Positions 47,860 through 57,862 of a stretch of DNA of 64,000 nt are shown piece after piece. The translations under genes and the position numbers were made by a program. The stretch's first letter is position 1. The number at the start of each line of letters is the position of its first letter. Source of the DNA: Candidatus Spechtbacteria bacterium RIFCSPHIGHO2_02_FULL_43_15b (GTDB taxonomy: Bacteria > Patescibacteriota > Minisyncoccia > Spechtbacterales > HO2-43-30). The notes under the pieces are model-generated. The model saw only the letters and a list, made by a program, of their open reading frames with translations, searched no databases and was not told the DNA's origin. The stretch is taken from NCBI GenBank assembly GCA_001819985.1, contig MHOE01000013.1, positions 1,088 through 65,087 of the forward strand, in the 5' to 3' direction.

Positions 47860-48963
47860 ATGAGAATTTTAATATCGGTAATAATACTATCCGCAATCGC
47901 CCTTCTCGGAATAAGCACTTTTTCCGGTGTTTTGTATCAGCGCGGAATTATATACATAGGCGATATTCCTAAAACATCCCCCGAGGCGTCCAGCGCGAAA
48001 TTGACATTTGTGAAAAAAACTCTTGATACCATCCTTTCCGGAACGCAAAATGTCGAGAATCAGCAAATAATCCTAAAGGGCGAGGATACCGACCAAATCA
48101 ATTTCTTATTCCTCGGTATAGGGGGCGAAGAGCATGTAAGCGGAAAATATTTGACAGATACTATAATAGTAGGGGTATTCATTCCCTCGAATAAAAAAAC
48201 CGCTTTTATTTCGATACCGCGCGATCTTCTTGTGCTTTCGCCGAACGGCGGGGGCTATACTAGGATAAATGCCCTGTATGCCATGCCGCCAAAAGGCGAA
48301 CCCGAAGACAAGGGATCTCCGGGATCTAGGGGAGTGGAACACACAAAAAAAACAATAGCCGCTATCACCGGAATTCAAGCTGACTATTACGCGATAATAG
48401 ACCTTGAAGGTGTAGAGGAAATAGTCAGCATACTTGGCGGCATAAATATCGCTCAAAATTACAACTTAAAGGACTCCCGATTTCCGGACAAAAATTACGG
48501 ATATGAGATCTACGAGATTAAAGAGGGTTGGCGTTATATGAACGGCGAAGACGCGGTAAAGTACATCCGCACGCGGCATACCCAAGGCGGGGACTTCGAT
48601 AGAATGAAGAGACAGCAGGAAGTCGCAATGGCTATAAAAAACAAAATTGACGGATTAAAATCGTTATCCGGCCTGCCCAAAGTCCTTTCCCTATACGAAG
48701 CCATACAGGATCATTTTACTACGAACCTCAAATTCAACGAGATTATGCGACTTATGGATTTGGCCGAAGGCGCGAATGATAGTAGTATAATACTCGAGAG
48801 AATAACCGCCGAACAAGGAGATGTTTTGAAATATGATAGTATAATATGGAATGGGATAAGAGCGTCGGTCTTATCGCCCAAAGCCGGCAGAGAGGAATAT
48901 TCCGAGATAAAAGATAAAATAGAAACTATAGTAACGAACCTTAAATCAGCCGATACCGAGTAA
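47860..48963 (+). CDS. LytR-CpsA-Psr (LCP) family cell-envelope phosphotransferase
   Basis: N-terminal TM, then the LCP core (FLFLGIGGEE...DTIIVGVF...ISIPRDL...YIRTRH). Confidence 0.8.
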   Translation: MRILISVIILSAIALLGISTFSGVLYQRGIIYIGDIPKTSPEASSAKLTFVKKTLDTILSGTQNVENQQIILKGEDTDQINFLFLGIGGEEHVSGKYLTDTIIVGVFIPSNKKTAFISIPRDLLVLSPNGGGYTRINALYAMPPKGEPEDKGSPGSRGVEHTKKTIAAITGIQADYYAIIDLEGVEEIVSILGGINIAQNYNLKDSRFPDKNYGYEIYEIKEGWRYMNGEDAVKYIRTRHTQGGDFDRMKRQQEVAMAIKNKIDGLKSLSGLPKVLSLYEAIQDHFTTNLKFNEIMRLMDLAEGANDSSIILERITAEQGDVLKYDSIIWNGIRASVLSPKAGREEYSEIKDKIETIVTNLKSADTE

Positions 48964-49030
48964 TAGTCATTAAAATATTTGAGAAAAACAAATCCCCGTC
49001 CATTGCATTCGCAAAACGGACGGGGATAAT

Positions 49031-49180
49031 TTACTTCTTAGCGACGGTTCCCGCCGCCTTCCCCTCCTTCCCCTTCTTCCCCTTCTTCTTACTCTTCTTG
49101 AGTAAGGGGGAGCTGGAACTACTGCGAGGCGCGCAGGTTTCGCACCCGCAGTGCCCCCCTATAGCATTCTTCATTGCCAT
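49031..49180 (-). CDS. Unannotated 49-aa Cys-rich, Lys-rich small protein with a strong SD
   Basis: Minus strand AGGAGGT, an 8-nt spacer, then ATG. Translation is MAMKNAIGGHCGCETCAPRSSSSSPLLKKSKKKGKKGKEGKAAGTVAKK*. It falls below the ORF-track length cut-off. Confidence 0.35.
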   Translation of the reverse strand: MAMKNAIGGHCGCETCAPRSSSSSPLLKKSKKKGKKGKEGKAAGTVAKK

Positions 49181-49234
49181 AGTAGAACACCTCCTTCTTG
49201 TTTACTAAAGATAACCCTAGCTTAACGCATATCA

Positions 49235-49855
49235 ATGAAAAAGTCAATACCAAAACCCGAAACTTTACTTATTATAGGACTTGGCAATCCCGGAGCCAAA
49301 TACCGAGGCACTCCACACAATGCCGGATTTTTGGCTATAGAACTGCTGTCTAAACTATGGAATGCCGAATTTCATCAGGAAAACAAATCGAATTCGGAAA
49401 TCGCGGAGGTAAAAATTTATGATAAACAAATAATCCTTGTAAAACCCGCTACTTTTATGAATAACTCCGGACAAGCTGTCGCGGCGTTAACTAAAACCTA
49501 TGGCCTCGATCCTCAAACTTCCGTCTGGCTCGTCCACGACGATGCGGATCTCGAACTCGGAAAAATTAAAATCGTCAGGAATCGGGGTTCCGCCGGACAT
49601 AAAGGAGTTGAGGATGTCATACGAAAACTTCAAACTAAAGATTTCGCGAGATTTAGAATAGGAATAATGGCAAAGCATCTTTCGCAGAACCGTTCAAAAT
49701 CAATTATGAATAAATTCGTGGTTTCCGGATTGAATAAAGAAGATGAAAAAATTTTTAAAAAATCGCTTGAAACCGCGAAAGACGCTGTTTTATTCGCTCT
49801 TGAAAACGGACTTGAGAAAACCGCGAGCATCTACAACCGCCAGAAAAAATCCTAG
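49235..49855 (+). CDS. pth: Peptidyl-tRNA hydrolase
   Basis: LIIGLGNPGAKYRGTPHNAGF N-terminal signature. 206 aa. Confidence 0.9.
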   Translation: MKKSIPKPETLLIIGLGNPGAKYRGTPHNAGFLAIELLSKLWNAEFHQENKSNSEIAEVKIYDKQIILVKPATFMNNSGQAVAALTKTYGLDPQTSVWLVHDDADLELGKIKIVRNRGSAGHKGVEDVIRKLQTKDFARFRIGIMAKHLSQNRSKSIMNKFVVSGLNKEDEKIFKKSLETAKDAVLFALENGLEKTASIYNRQKKS

Positions 49856-50220
49856 GCAAATAAATTTCGCGAACTTACAAAAAACCTCCCTATATCGCAT
49901 GGGAGGCGCGTCTTATACGGATTTACGAGACGCAAAACGGATGATGTTTGAAATCGAAAACGCCGAGCGTAAAATGCCTCGAAACGCCCATTACACTACC
50001 TGCGAACCTTTCTGGTCAATATGAGTAAAATACCCAGCATGCCAAGAAAAGACGCTACTTAACCGAGCTGAAGGAGGGGTTGCCCAGAGTTCGCTATCGC
50101 TCCTCAATAACACTCGAATGCCGACAAAAAAATCGAAGGATATTGAGGAGCGACCGCAGGTAGTATGATAGGCGCTCGCATTGAAATTGTCCGTATAACA
50201 ATGTAACATATATAAAATCA

Positions 50221-52203
50221 ATGAAACAGTCAATGGATCGACTGATAATAGTAGCGATAACCCCCCCCATTCTGGAAAAGGGGCTAGTTTGGTTTGAACA
50301 ACATAAACAAAGAATTGAAAAAGCGTCTTCTCCGTTTTGGCAAAGAAACACGCTTACATTACGAAAAGATCAGAAAATAACAATGTCGGAAGTCGTACGG
50401 ACTCTTTATGACTTCGGCTATCAAAAATATCAGGATATCGAGCTTCCCGGAGAATTTTCGCAAACCGGAGGAATATTGAATGTATTTCCCGTGAATTCGG
50501 AATTTGCTTTGAAAATAGAATTTTTGGGAAATACCGTGGAAACTATCTATAAAACATCAAAGCTCAATCCAGACCCGCAAAAACCTCTCAACAAAGTAAT
50601 CTACAACGAAGGCGCGCGCAGAAAAGAACCGCAATCCGACTTGTCCAAACTGAAACCCGGTGATTTTGTCGTCCATCTTGACCATGGAATAGGATTATTT
50701 GCCGGAAAATCTCAAACGGTTGCCCTAAACAGCCAAACTCTAGAACAAGATACCTCATATATTATTGAATACGCGGGCGGCGATAAACTTATCGTGCCGG
50801 AAAATGTATCATACAAACTCTCGCCCTATCTTGGATTTTCCAACCCGACGATTTACCGCCTCGGAGGAAATCTGTGGCATAAAACAAAAAAGAGAGTTAA
50901 TCAAGATATCATAAAAACCGCGAAAGAACTCCTTAGAATTTACGCGCGGAGGGAAGTCGCAACTCGCCCGCCATACGATAAAGACAGCGATATGACAGCC
51001 CAGCTTGAACAGGGCTTTGAGTTTCAAGAAACCGCGGATCAGGCAATTGCGATAGATAAAGTGATGAAAGACCTTGATAAAAATATTCCTATGGACCGGC
51101 TTATATGCGGAGATGTGGGCTTTGGAAAAACCGAAGTCGCGCTTAGAGCCGCGGCGCGCTCGGTATTTTCCGGCAAACAAACAGCTATTATAGCCCCCAC
51201 AACAATCCTTGCGTGGCAACATTTCAATACTTTCAAATCGCGCCTTGAAAAATTTCCGGTTAGGATAGAGCTTCTGACGAGAATCCAAAAAAACGCGGCG
51301 CAGAAAGAAATTGTCTCGCGCTTAAAAAGCGGAAATGTGGATCTCGTCATAGGAACACACAGAATACTCCAAAAGGATGTGGGGTTCAAAAATCTGGGTC
51401 TCTTAATAATAGACGAGGAACAAAGATTCGGAGTAAAGCAAAAAGAAAAATTAAAGAGTTTTAGATCTGAACTTGATGTGCTTTCGTTATCCGCGACCCC
51501 GATACCAAGAACGCTTTACTTTTCAATGTCCGGATTAAAAGATATAAGCAATATCCAGACCCCTCCGCAGAACCGGCTCCCAATACATACCTTCGTTATG
51601 CCAAAGTCGAAAAGTATAGTTAAAAAAGCCATACAAAAAGAACTCGAGCGGCACGGGCAAGTTTATTACCTTCATAATCGCGTAGCCACCATAGAATCGG
51701 CGCGAAAACGGATAGGGGAGCTTGGACTTGGCGAGGTGAAAATTTCCGTTGGACACGCCAAGCTTCCGGAAAATCACCTGATATCTATTATTCAGGATTT
51801 CAGGGACAAAAAAACAGATATCCTTGTCGCAACAACTATAATTGAAAACGGTCTTGACCTTTCAAATGTAAATACTCTTATCGTTGAAGACGCGACCCGC
51901 CTTGGTCTTTCCCAAGCGCATCAGCTTCGCGGACGGATAGGAAGAGGCGATAAGCAGGCGTACGCATATTTTTTGTATTCGCCAAAAAAATTAACCGACA
52001 TAGCGAAAAGGCGTCTTAAAACTCTGAAAGAGTATCAGGGACTCGGAGATGGATACCAAATCGCGATGCGCGATCTTGAAATTCGGGGGGCCGGAAATAT
52101 TTTAGGCCGCGAGCAACATGGGAGTATAAATAAAGTTGGACTTAATCTCTATTGCCAAATGCTCAATGAGGCCGTAGAACGATTAAAGACGGAGAATTTG
52201 TAA
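50221..52203 (+). CDS. mfd: Transcription-repair coupling factor, short form lacking the N-terminal UvrB-homology domains
   Basis: CarD/TRCF RNAP-interacting domain (DFVVHLDHGIGLF...), then the superfamily-2 translocase (GDVGFGKTEVALRAA, DEEQRFG, QLRGRIGRG). 660 aa versus ~1150 in canonical Mfd. Confidence 0.75.
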   Translation: MKQSMDRLIIVAITPPILEKGLVWFEQHKQRIEKASSPFWQRNTLTLRKDQKITMSEVVRTLYDFGYQKYQDIELPGEFSQTGGILNVFPVNSEFALKIEFLGNTVETIYKTSKLNPDPQKPLNKVIYNEGARRKEPQSDLSKLKPGDFVVHLDHGIGLFAGKSQTVALNSQTLEQDTSYIIEYAGGDKLIVPENVSYKLSPYLGFSNPTIYRLGGNLWHKTKKRVNQDIIKTAKELLRIYARREVATRPPYDKDSDMTAQLEQGFEFQETADQAIAIDKVMKDLDKNIPMDRLICGDVGFGKTEVALRAAARSVFSGKQTAIIAPTTILAWQHFNTFKSRLEKFPVRIELLTRIQKNAAQKEIVSRLKSGNVDLVIGTHRILQKDVGFKNLGLLIIDEEQRFGVKQKEKLKSFRSELDVLSLSATPIPRTLYFSMSGLKDISNIQTPPQNRLPIHTFVMPKSKSIVKKAIQKELERHGQVYYLHNRVATIESARKRIGELGLGEVKISVGHAKLPENHLISIIQDFRDKKTDILVATTIIENGLDLSNVNTLIVEDATRLGLSQAHQLRGRIGRGDKQAYAYFLYSPKKLTDIAKRRLKTLKEYQGLGDGYQIAMRDLEIRGAGNILGREQHGSINKVGLNLYCQMLNEAVERLKTENL

Positions 52204-52293
52204 TATATCAAACTCTGCATTATGAAAACCGAACTCCGGCATCGTCTTTGTCTCGCCGTGTAAAATAAATTTGAAATCTATAACATATCGCTC

Positions 52294-53178
52294 ATGCAAG
52301 ATCGAAAAAACAAATACAAAAGCATTTCTATAAATGACGGCGCATACCCATCGCGTCTCAAGGAAATCCCCCAGCCGCCGAAAGTTTTACACATTCGGGG
52401 ATCGATTCCATCCGCGCCGATGATCGGCGTAGTTGGCACGCGGACATTCACGCCTTATGGAAAAAGGGTTGCCGAACACATTGTCAGAGGCCTTGCCAGA
52501 GCCGGAGTTTGCGTAGTCAGCGGCATGGCAAGAGGCATTGACACGGAAGCCCACAAAGTAGCTCTTGAATCCGGCGGACAAACTATCGCCGTTGTCGGCT
52601 CCGGAATAGACGAAAGCGTAATTTATCCCCGGCAGAACATCGGCCTCGCAAGAGAAATCGAAAAACACGGAGCTGTGCTTAGCGAATTTGATCCGTTCGC
52701 GAAATCCGAAACCTACTTCTTCCCGCAAAGGAACAGGGTGATTTCCGGTTTGTCTCTTGGGGTTTTGGTTGTCGAGGCAAAGGAAAAAAGCGGAGCTTTA
52801 ATTACCGCGAATTTCGCGCTCGAACAAAACCGCGAGGTTTTTGCAGTACCCGGCAGTATATTCTGGGAAACATCGCGCGGACCAAATAACCTAATAAAGC
52901 AAGGCGCGAAATGCGTGACAACCGCGGACGAAATTTTGGAAGAATTCAATCTTTTGGCGCCGGAACAACTCCAAATCAACACGCCGGCAAATACGCCCAT
53001 TGAGGAAAAAATTTTAGCGATGCTCCTAAAAAACGGCGGCAATTCCGTTCACATAGACAAACTCATAACACTCACAGAACTCTCGTCCGCGGATGTTTCA
53101 AGCTCGCTTACGATAATGGAACTCGAGGACAGGGTAAAAAATCTTGGAGGAGGATATTACGCGATAATGAGCCAGTAA
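52294..53178 (+). CDS. dprA: DNA processing protein DprA (Smf)
   Basis: Rossmann-like DprA core (VVSGMARGIDTEAHKVALESGGQTIAVVGSGID). Conserved adjacency to topA. Confidence 0.85.
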   Translation: MQDRKNKYKSISINDGAYPSRLKEIPQPPKVLHIRGSIPSAPMIGVVGTRTFTPYGKRVAEHIVRGLARAGVCVVSGMARGIDTEAHKVALESGGQTIAVVGSGIDESVIYPRQNIGLAREIEKHGAVLSEFDPFAKSETYFFPQRNRVISGLSLGVLVVEAKEKSGALITANFALEQNREVFAVPGSIFWETSRGPNNLIKQGAKCVTTADEILEEFNLLAPEQLQINTPANTPIEEKILAMLLKNGGNSVHIDKLITLTELSSADVSSSLTIMELEDRVKNLGGGYYAIMSQ

Positions 53179-53301
53179 TCGGAAGCTGACCAAGTCCCAG
53201 TTAAATCCGGCTTTTGTTCACAGTTTGACATTTAATTTTTGCCAGTTGACAATAAACAATAGTAAGTGTAAAACACTTCCCAGTAATTAGCATCCTCGTC
53301 T

Positions 53302-55326
53302 ATGAAGCTGGTAATCGTAGAGTCCCCGACTAAATCTAAAACAATACAAAGATTTCTTCCCGAAAGCGATTATATCGTGAAATCTTCGTTTGGCCATGTG
53401 CGGGACCTTCCCAAAAGCGACCTCGGCGTTGATGTTGAGCACGATTTTACGCCTAAATATGTTACTCCCCGCAAAGCCCAGCCCCATGTGAAAGAACTCA
53501 AGCAGGAATTCAAAAAATCGGATGAGGTAATATTCGCGACTGATGAAGACAGGGAAGGCGAAAGCATATCGTGGCACCTTGCGAAAACGCTCGGCATAGA
53601 CCCGGAGAAGGCAAAAAGAATAGTTTTTCACGAAATTACGAAATCGGCCATACAAAATGCTCTCGAAAATCCGAGGGTGATAGATATGAACCTCGTAGAT
53701 GCCCAACAGGCGCGGCGCATACTCGACCGGCTTGTTGGCTACAAACTATCACCCCTTTTATGGAAAAAGGTCGCGAGGGGCCTTTCCGCCGGACGCGTTC
53801 AATCTGTTACCGTGCGACTTGTGGTTGACAGGGAAAGAGAAATTCAAAAATTTAACCCCGAAGAATTCTGGACGATTGAAGCAGAGCTTCAATCGTCCAG
53901 AAGCAAAGGCAAAAAATTTGTTGCGCGTTTATACAAAATTCGAAATGAAGTTGCGGATAAACTTCATCTAAAAAATCAGGAACATTCCGACGGGATATTG
54001 AAAGACCTTGAAGGCGCGAATTATCAGATTCAAAAAATCGAACGGAAAGAAACCAAAAGAAATCCGCTTCCGCCCTTCACCACAAGCACGCTTCAACAGG
54101 AGGCCTCGCGGAAATTCGGTATGTCGTCTAGGCAGACGATGGTTATAGCTCAATACCTTTACGAGAGAGGATACATAACATACCACAGAACAGACTCCGT
54201 AAACCTCTCCCAACAGTCGCTCGACGGCGCCAAAAAATTCATACAGTCAAAATACGGCGAGAGCTACTACTATTTCCGCGTATTCAAAACCACATCAAAA
54301 GGAGCACAGGAAGCTCACGAGGCCATAAGACCGACTTCTCCAAATAAAATTCCGGATACGCTAAAGATCGAACCGCGCCAGAAAAAAATTTATGACTTGA
54401 TATGGAAAAGATTTGTCGCTTCACAGATGGCGCAGGCCGTATTTGACGCGACAACAGTTGATATTTCAGCCGCGGACATTTACACTTTCCGAGCCAACGG
54501 GTCGATTTTGAAATTCGACGGATTTCTTAAAATTTATCCCGTAAAATTCGAAGAGAATGACCTGCCGGAACTTTCCGAAAATGAAATCCTCGAACTCCTA
54601 AAGTTAACCCCCTACCAGCACTTCACACAGCCCCCCGCAAGATATTCGGAAGCCACACTCATAAAAGAGCTTGAAAAAAACGGCATCGGCCGGCCTTCAA
54701 CCTACGCTCCCACGCTGTCAACTATACAGGAAAGGAACTATGTTCAAAAAAACGAACAAAAAAAATTCCAGCCAACGGAAATCGGAATAGCCGTGAACGA
54801 CCTCCTTGTTGAGCATTTCCCGGATATAGTTGATACGCGCTTCACCGCGGATATGGAACAAAATCTGGACAAAATAGCCGAGGGGAAAGAAAAATGGGTT
54901 CCTGTTATACAAAATTTCTACCGGCCATTTTCTCAAATCCTGGAGGCAAAATATGCCGAAATAAAAGACCGCGTAAAGATCGAGGAAAAAACCGACAAGG
55001 TATGCCCGGAATGCGGAAAACCCATAGCGATAAAATTCGGCAGATTTGGCAAATTTTACGCTTGCACGGGTTTTCCCCAATGCCGCCACACGGAACCTCT
55101 GGAAAAGAAGGAGGTAAACACCGGTATAAAATGCCCGAAATGCGCCGACGGTGATATTGTTGAAAAACGCACAAAAAAGAAAAGAGTATTTTATGGATGC
55201 AATAAATATCCGGCATGCGATTTTGCTTTATGGAATAAGCCAACTGGAGAAAAATGCGACAAATGCGGATCAATGATGGTCGAGAAAGGTAAAAACATAG
55301 CATGCTCAAATAAAGAGTGTGCATAA
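53302..55326 (+). CDS. topA: DNA topoisomerase I with C-terminal zinc-ribbon repeats
   Basis: Toprim start MKLVIVESPTKSKTI, the catalytic Tyr region, and three C4 zinc ribbons in the C-terminus (CPECGK, CPKCADG, CDKCGS). Confidence 0.9.
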   Translation: MKLVIVESPTKSKTIQRFLPESDYIVKSSFGHVRDLPKSDLGVDVEHDFTPKYVTPRKAQPHVKELKQEFKKSDEVIFATDEDREGESISWHLAKTLGIDPEKAKRIVFHEITKSAIQNALENPRVIDMNLVDAQQARRILDRLVGYKLSPLLWKKVARGLSAGRVQSVTVRLVVDREREIQKFNPEEFWTIEAELQSSRSKGKKFVARLYKIRNEVADKLHLKNQEHSDGILKDLEGANYQIQKIERKETKRNPLPPFTTSTLQQEASRKFGMSSRQTMVIAQYLYERGYITYHRTDSVNLSQQSLDGAKKFIQSKYGESYYYFRVFKTTSKGAQEAHEAIRPTSPNKIPDTLKIEPRQKKIYDLIWKRFVASQMAQAVFDATTVDISAADIYTFRANGSILKFDGFLKIYPVKFEENDLPELSENEILELLKLTPYQHFTQPPARYSEATLIKELEKNGIGRPSTYAPTLSTIQERNYVQKNEQKKFQPTEIGIAVNDLLVEHFPDIVDTRFTADMEQNLDKIAEGKEKWVPVIQNFYRPFSQILEAKYAEIKDRVKIEEKTDKVCPECGKPIAIKFGRFGKFYACTGFPQCRHTEPLEKKEVNTGIKCPKCADGDIVEKRTKKKRVFYGCNKYPACDFALWNKPTGEKCDKCGSMMVEKGKNIACSNKECA

Positions 55327-55380
55327 TCGGGTAAGGTGCTATGCTAAAGGAAAAGCGGGTCGTTTGACCCGCTTTTAGGT

Positions 55381-55689
55381 TTAGTTGAAAAAATTTGGGC
55401 TATTGGCCCCCTTAACCTGGTCACTCGTTGGAATGACCAGGGCACTATATTTTTGACCATCCACATCAACCGCCGCAACTATTTTCCCATTTTCCTGATT
55501 AAGAACCCAATCAAGTATTGTAAGTGCGCAGTTCAAAACCTGCGCATCCGTTTTGTAACCAAGTAATTTCCTTAATTCCTCAAACCTTCGCAGGTTTGAT
55601 TCCGGCATTTTCAATTCCATAACAACCATCTTCATTTTTCGTTCCCCTCCTTTACAATTCGGAATAACACAATTATAATACGGATGCAA
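55381..55689 (-). CDS. Hypothetical small protein (102 aa)
   Basis: ORF only, with possible alternative internal starts. No family recognised. Confidence 0.35.
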   Translation of the reverse strand: MHPYYNCVIPNCKGGERKMKMVVMELKMPESNLRRFEELRKLLGYKTDAQVLNCALTILDWVLNQENGKIVAAVDVDGQKYSALVIPTSDQVKGANSPNFFN

Positions 55690-57851
55690 TGCAAAGTCAA
55701 TATCAAAAATTACTTGCTCAAATCCAAAAATCCTATAAAAACTCCGAAAACAAGCTCATCTCGGAAGCATTTGAAGTTGCTATTAAAGCTCACGCGGACC
55801 AAAAAAGAGCTAGCGGGGACGAATACATTATCCATCCCCTAAACACCGCTCTTACTCTTTCTAAAATGGGGGCAGACGCGACTACTGTAACCGCGGGACT
55901 TCTACATGATGTTCTTGATGACACGGCCGTATCAAGAGAAGAATTGCTAAACCAATTCGGGCCGGAAATCACTTTCCTTGTCGAGGGCGTATCCAAACTA
56001 GGCAAAGTAAAATACAGAGGCGTTGAGCGCCATGCTGAAAATTTAAGAAAAATGCTTATCGCAATAGCCAAAGATTTCCGGGTTGTTTTGATAAAACTTG
56101 CCGACAGATATCACAACCTAACAACCCTCGACGCTCTTCCGCCGGCAAAACAAAGGCGAATCGCGCTTGAATCGCTTGAAATATACGCTCCCCTGGCATT
56201 TAGATTCGGAATAAGTGAATTGTCCAAAAAAATCGAAGACCTTTCTTTTAAGTACTGCTATCCGCAGGAGTATGAAATGATAATGCAAAGCGTGAAAAAA
56301 CGCTATCCGGAAAGGGAAAAATATCTCGCATCCATAAAACCCTATGTGCGCGCCCAACTTCTTAAAGAAGATATCTCCCCTATCGAGATCCAGACGCGGG
56401 CAAAACACTACTGGTCCTTGTACAAAAAATTGAAGAAATACGATATGAATTGGGATAAAGTCCACGATCTTGTCGCGATGAGGATAATAGTAAAAAACAT
56501 AGAGGAATGTTACGCCACGCTCGGAATAATACATAAACTTTGGAGGCCGCTTCCCGAAAAAATAAAAGATTACATAGCCCTTCCAAAACCAAACGGCTAC
56601 CAAAGCCTGCATACAACAGTATTCTCGAGGGGGGGGTACATTACAGAGTTTCAAATCAGGACAAAAGAGATGCACGAACTTGCGGAAAACGGAATCGCGT
56701 CTCACTGGCTTTACGCGGAAAGCGGAAAACCCAAAAAGGGTTCGAGAGCCGAAGGTAAAAAATTCGAATGGATAAAACAGCTTAGGCGATGGCAGAAAGA
56801 AGTCAACGAATCTTCCGAATTCCTCGAAGGCCTCAAAATAGATATTTTTTCAAACAGGATTTTTGTTTTCACGCCGAATGGAGATGTGATAGACCTTCCG
56901 GAAGGAGCGACTCCCGTTGATTTTGCATATTTAATTCACACGCAACTTGGCGACAATTGTTCCGCCGCAAAAGTAAACGGCGACATAGTTTCTCTCGATA
57001 CGGAACTTAAGAACGGGGATCTGATTCAAATAATAAGGGAGGGGAACAGAACACCCTCGCGGGACTGGCTTCGTTTTGTTAAAACAAGCACAGCGCGTTC
57101 GCGAATCCGCGCTCACCTCAAAAAAGCACGGAGGGATGAAAATATAGAACATGGTCGGCAACTTCTTAATGCCGAACTTGAGAAGTTAAACCAGCCGAAC
57201 TGGATTTCCGTGAAAAAGACAAGAAAAGACAATGTTCTCTTAAATCTTCCGTATAAAGATGAACTATCCCTTATCGCCGCTGTAGGGCAAGGAGACATAT
57301 CTCCGTATAGAGTGGTAAAATATGTCGTTGACGAAAAACAAATACTTGCTCAAAAAGCAATCACTGGCTTGGCATTTTCTTCCAAAATGCGTAAAAAAAC
57401 GGATAAAATTCATAAAATAAAACTTGGCGAACTTGAAGGCGCCGCAACCCGTATAGCTCACTGCTGTTCTCCGATCCCGGGAGAAGATATAGGCGCGTAT
57501 ATAACAATAAGAGCGTACGCCGCAATACACAGACTGTCATGCTCAAACTTCATGCGCCTCGCTCAAAAAAACAAATCGCGAATCATACCCGCCTCTTGGC
57601 AGGCAAATAAAGATATGCATTTCGCGCAAATAAAAATAGCGGCTTTTGACCGCGTAGGTTTGCTTCAGGAAGTAAGCTCGACAATATCGAATATGGGAAT
57701 AAATATACTCTCGATCAAGGCAGAGCAACAGGCAGACGCTCAAAATGCCGATTTATCCGTTATAATGGAAGTTTTTGATATCGATCAGCTTCATATGCTC
57801 ATAAATCATCTGGAGAGGATTAAAAATGTAAAAAATGTACAACGCGTATAG
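55689..57851 (+). CDS. rel: Bifunctional (p)ppGpp synthetase/hydrolase (RelA/SpoT homolog)
   Basis: N-terminal HD hydrolase (HPLNTALTL...HDVLDD), RelA_SpoT synthetase region, then TGS and a C-terminal ACT-like domain. 720 aa. Confidence 0.9.
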   Translation: MQSQYQKLLAQIQKSYKNSENKLISEAFEVAIKAHADQKRASGDEYIIHPLNTALTLSKMGADATTVTAGLLHDVLDDTAVSREELLNQFGPEITFLVEGVSKLGKVKYRGVERHAENLRKMLIAIAKDFRVVLIKLADRYHNLTTLDALPPAKQRRIALESLEIYAPLAFRFGISELSKKIEDLSFKYCYPQEYEMIMQSVKKRYPEREKYLASIKPYVRAQLLKEDISPIEIQTRAKHYWSLYKKLKKYDMNWDKVHDLVAMRIIVKNIEECYATLGIIHKLWRPLPEKIKDYIALPKPNGYQSLHTTVFSRGGYITEFQIRTKEMHELAENGIASHWLYAESGKPKKGSRAEGKKFEWIKQLRRWQKEVNESSEFLEGLKIDIFSNRIFVFTPNGDVIDLPEGATPVDFAYLIHTQLGDNCSAAKVNGDIVSLDTELKNGDLIQIIREGNRTPSRDWLRFVKTSTARSRIRAHLKKARRDENIEHGRQLLNAELEKLNQPNWISVKKTRKDNVLLNLPYKDELSLIAAVGQGDISPYRVVKYVVDEKQILAQKAITGLAFSSKMRKKTDKIHKIKLGELEGAATRIAHCCSPIPGEDIGAYITIRAYAAIHRLSCSNFMRLAQKNKSRIIPASWQANKDMHFAQIKIAAFDRVGLLQEVSSTISNMGINILSIKAEQQADAQNADLSVIMEVFDIDQLHMLINHLERIKNVKNVQRV

Positions 57852-57862
57852 CATTATTGACG

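Noticed and set aside
49040-49130. Possible CRISPR or tandem repeat (CCTTCCCCTCCTTCCCCTTCTTCCCCTTCTTCTT)
   Set aside because: It is a short pyrimidine-rich low-complexity tract without regular repeat-spacer periodicity. It corresponds to the Lys/Gly-rich tail of the small minus-strand ORF.
49856-50220. Possible sRNA, tmRNA or small ORF in the pth-mfd gap
   Set aside because: The inverted repeats are present (CCTCCC...GGGAGG and GCTCCTCAATA...TATTGAGGAGC), but no tRNA-like ends, no SD-preceded ORF and no recognisable RNA-family motif were found. It is kept only as a note under the mfd finding.
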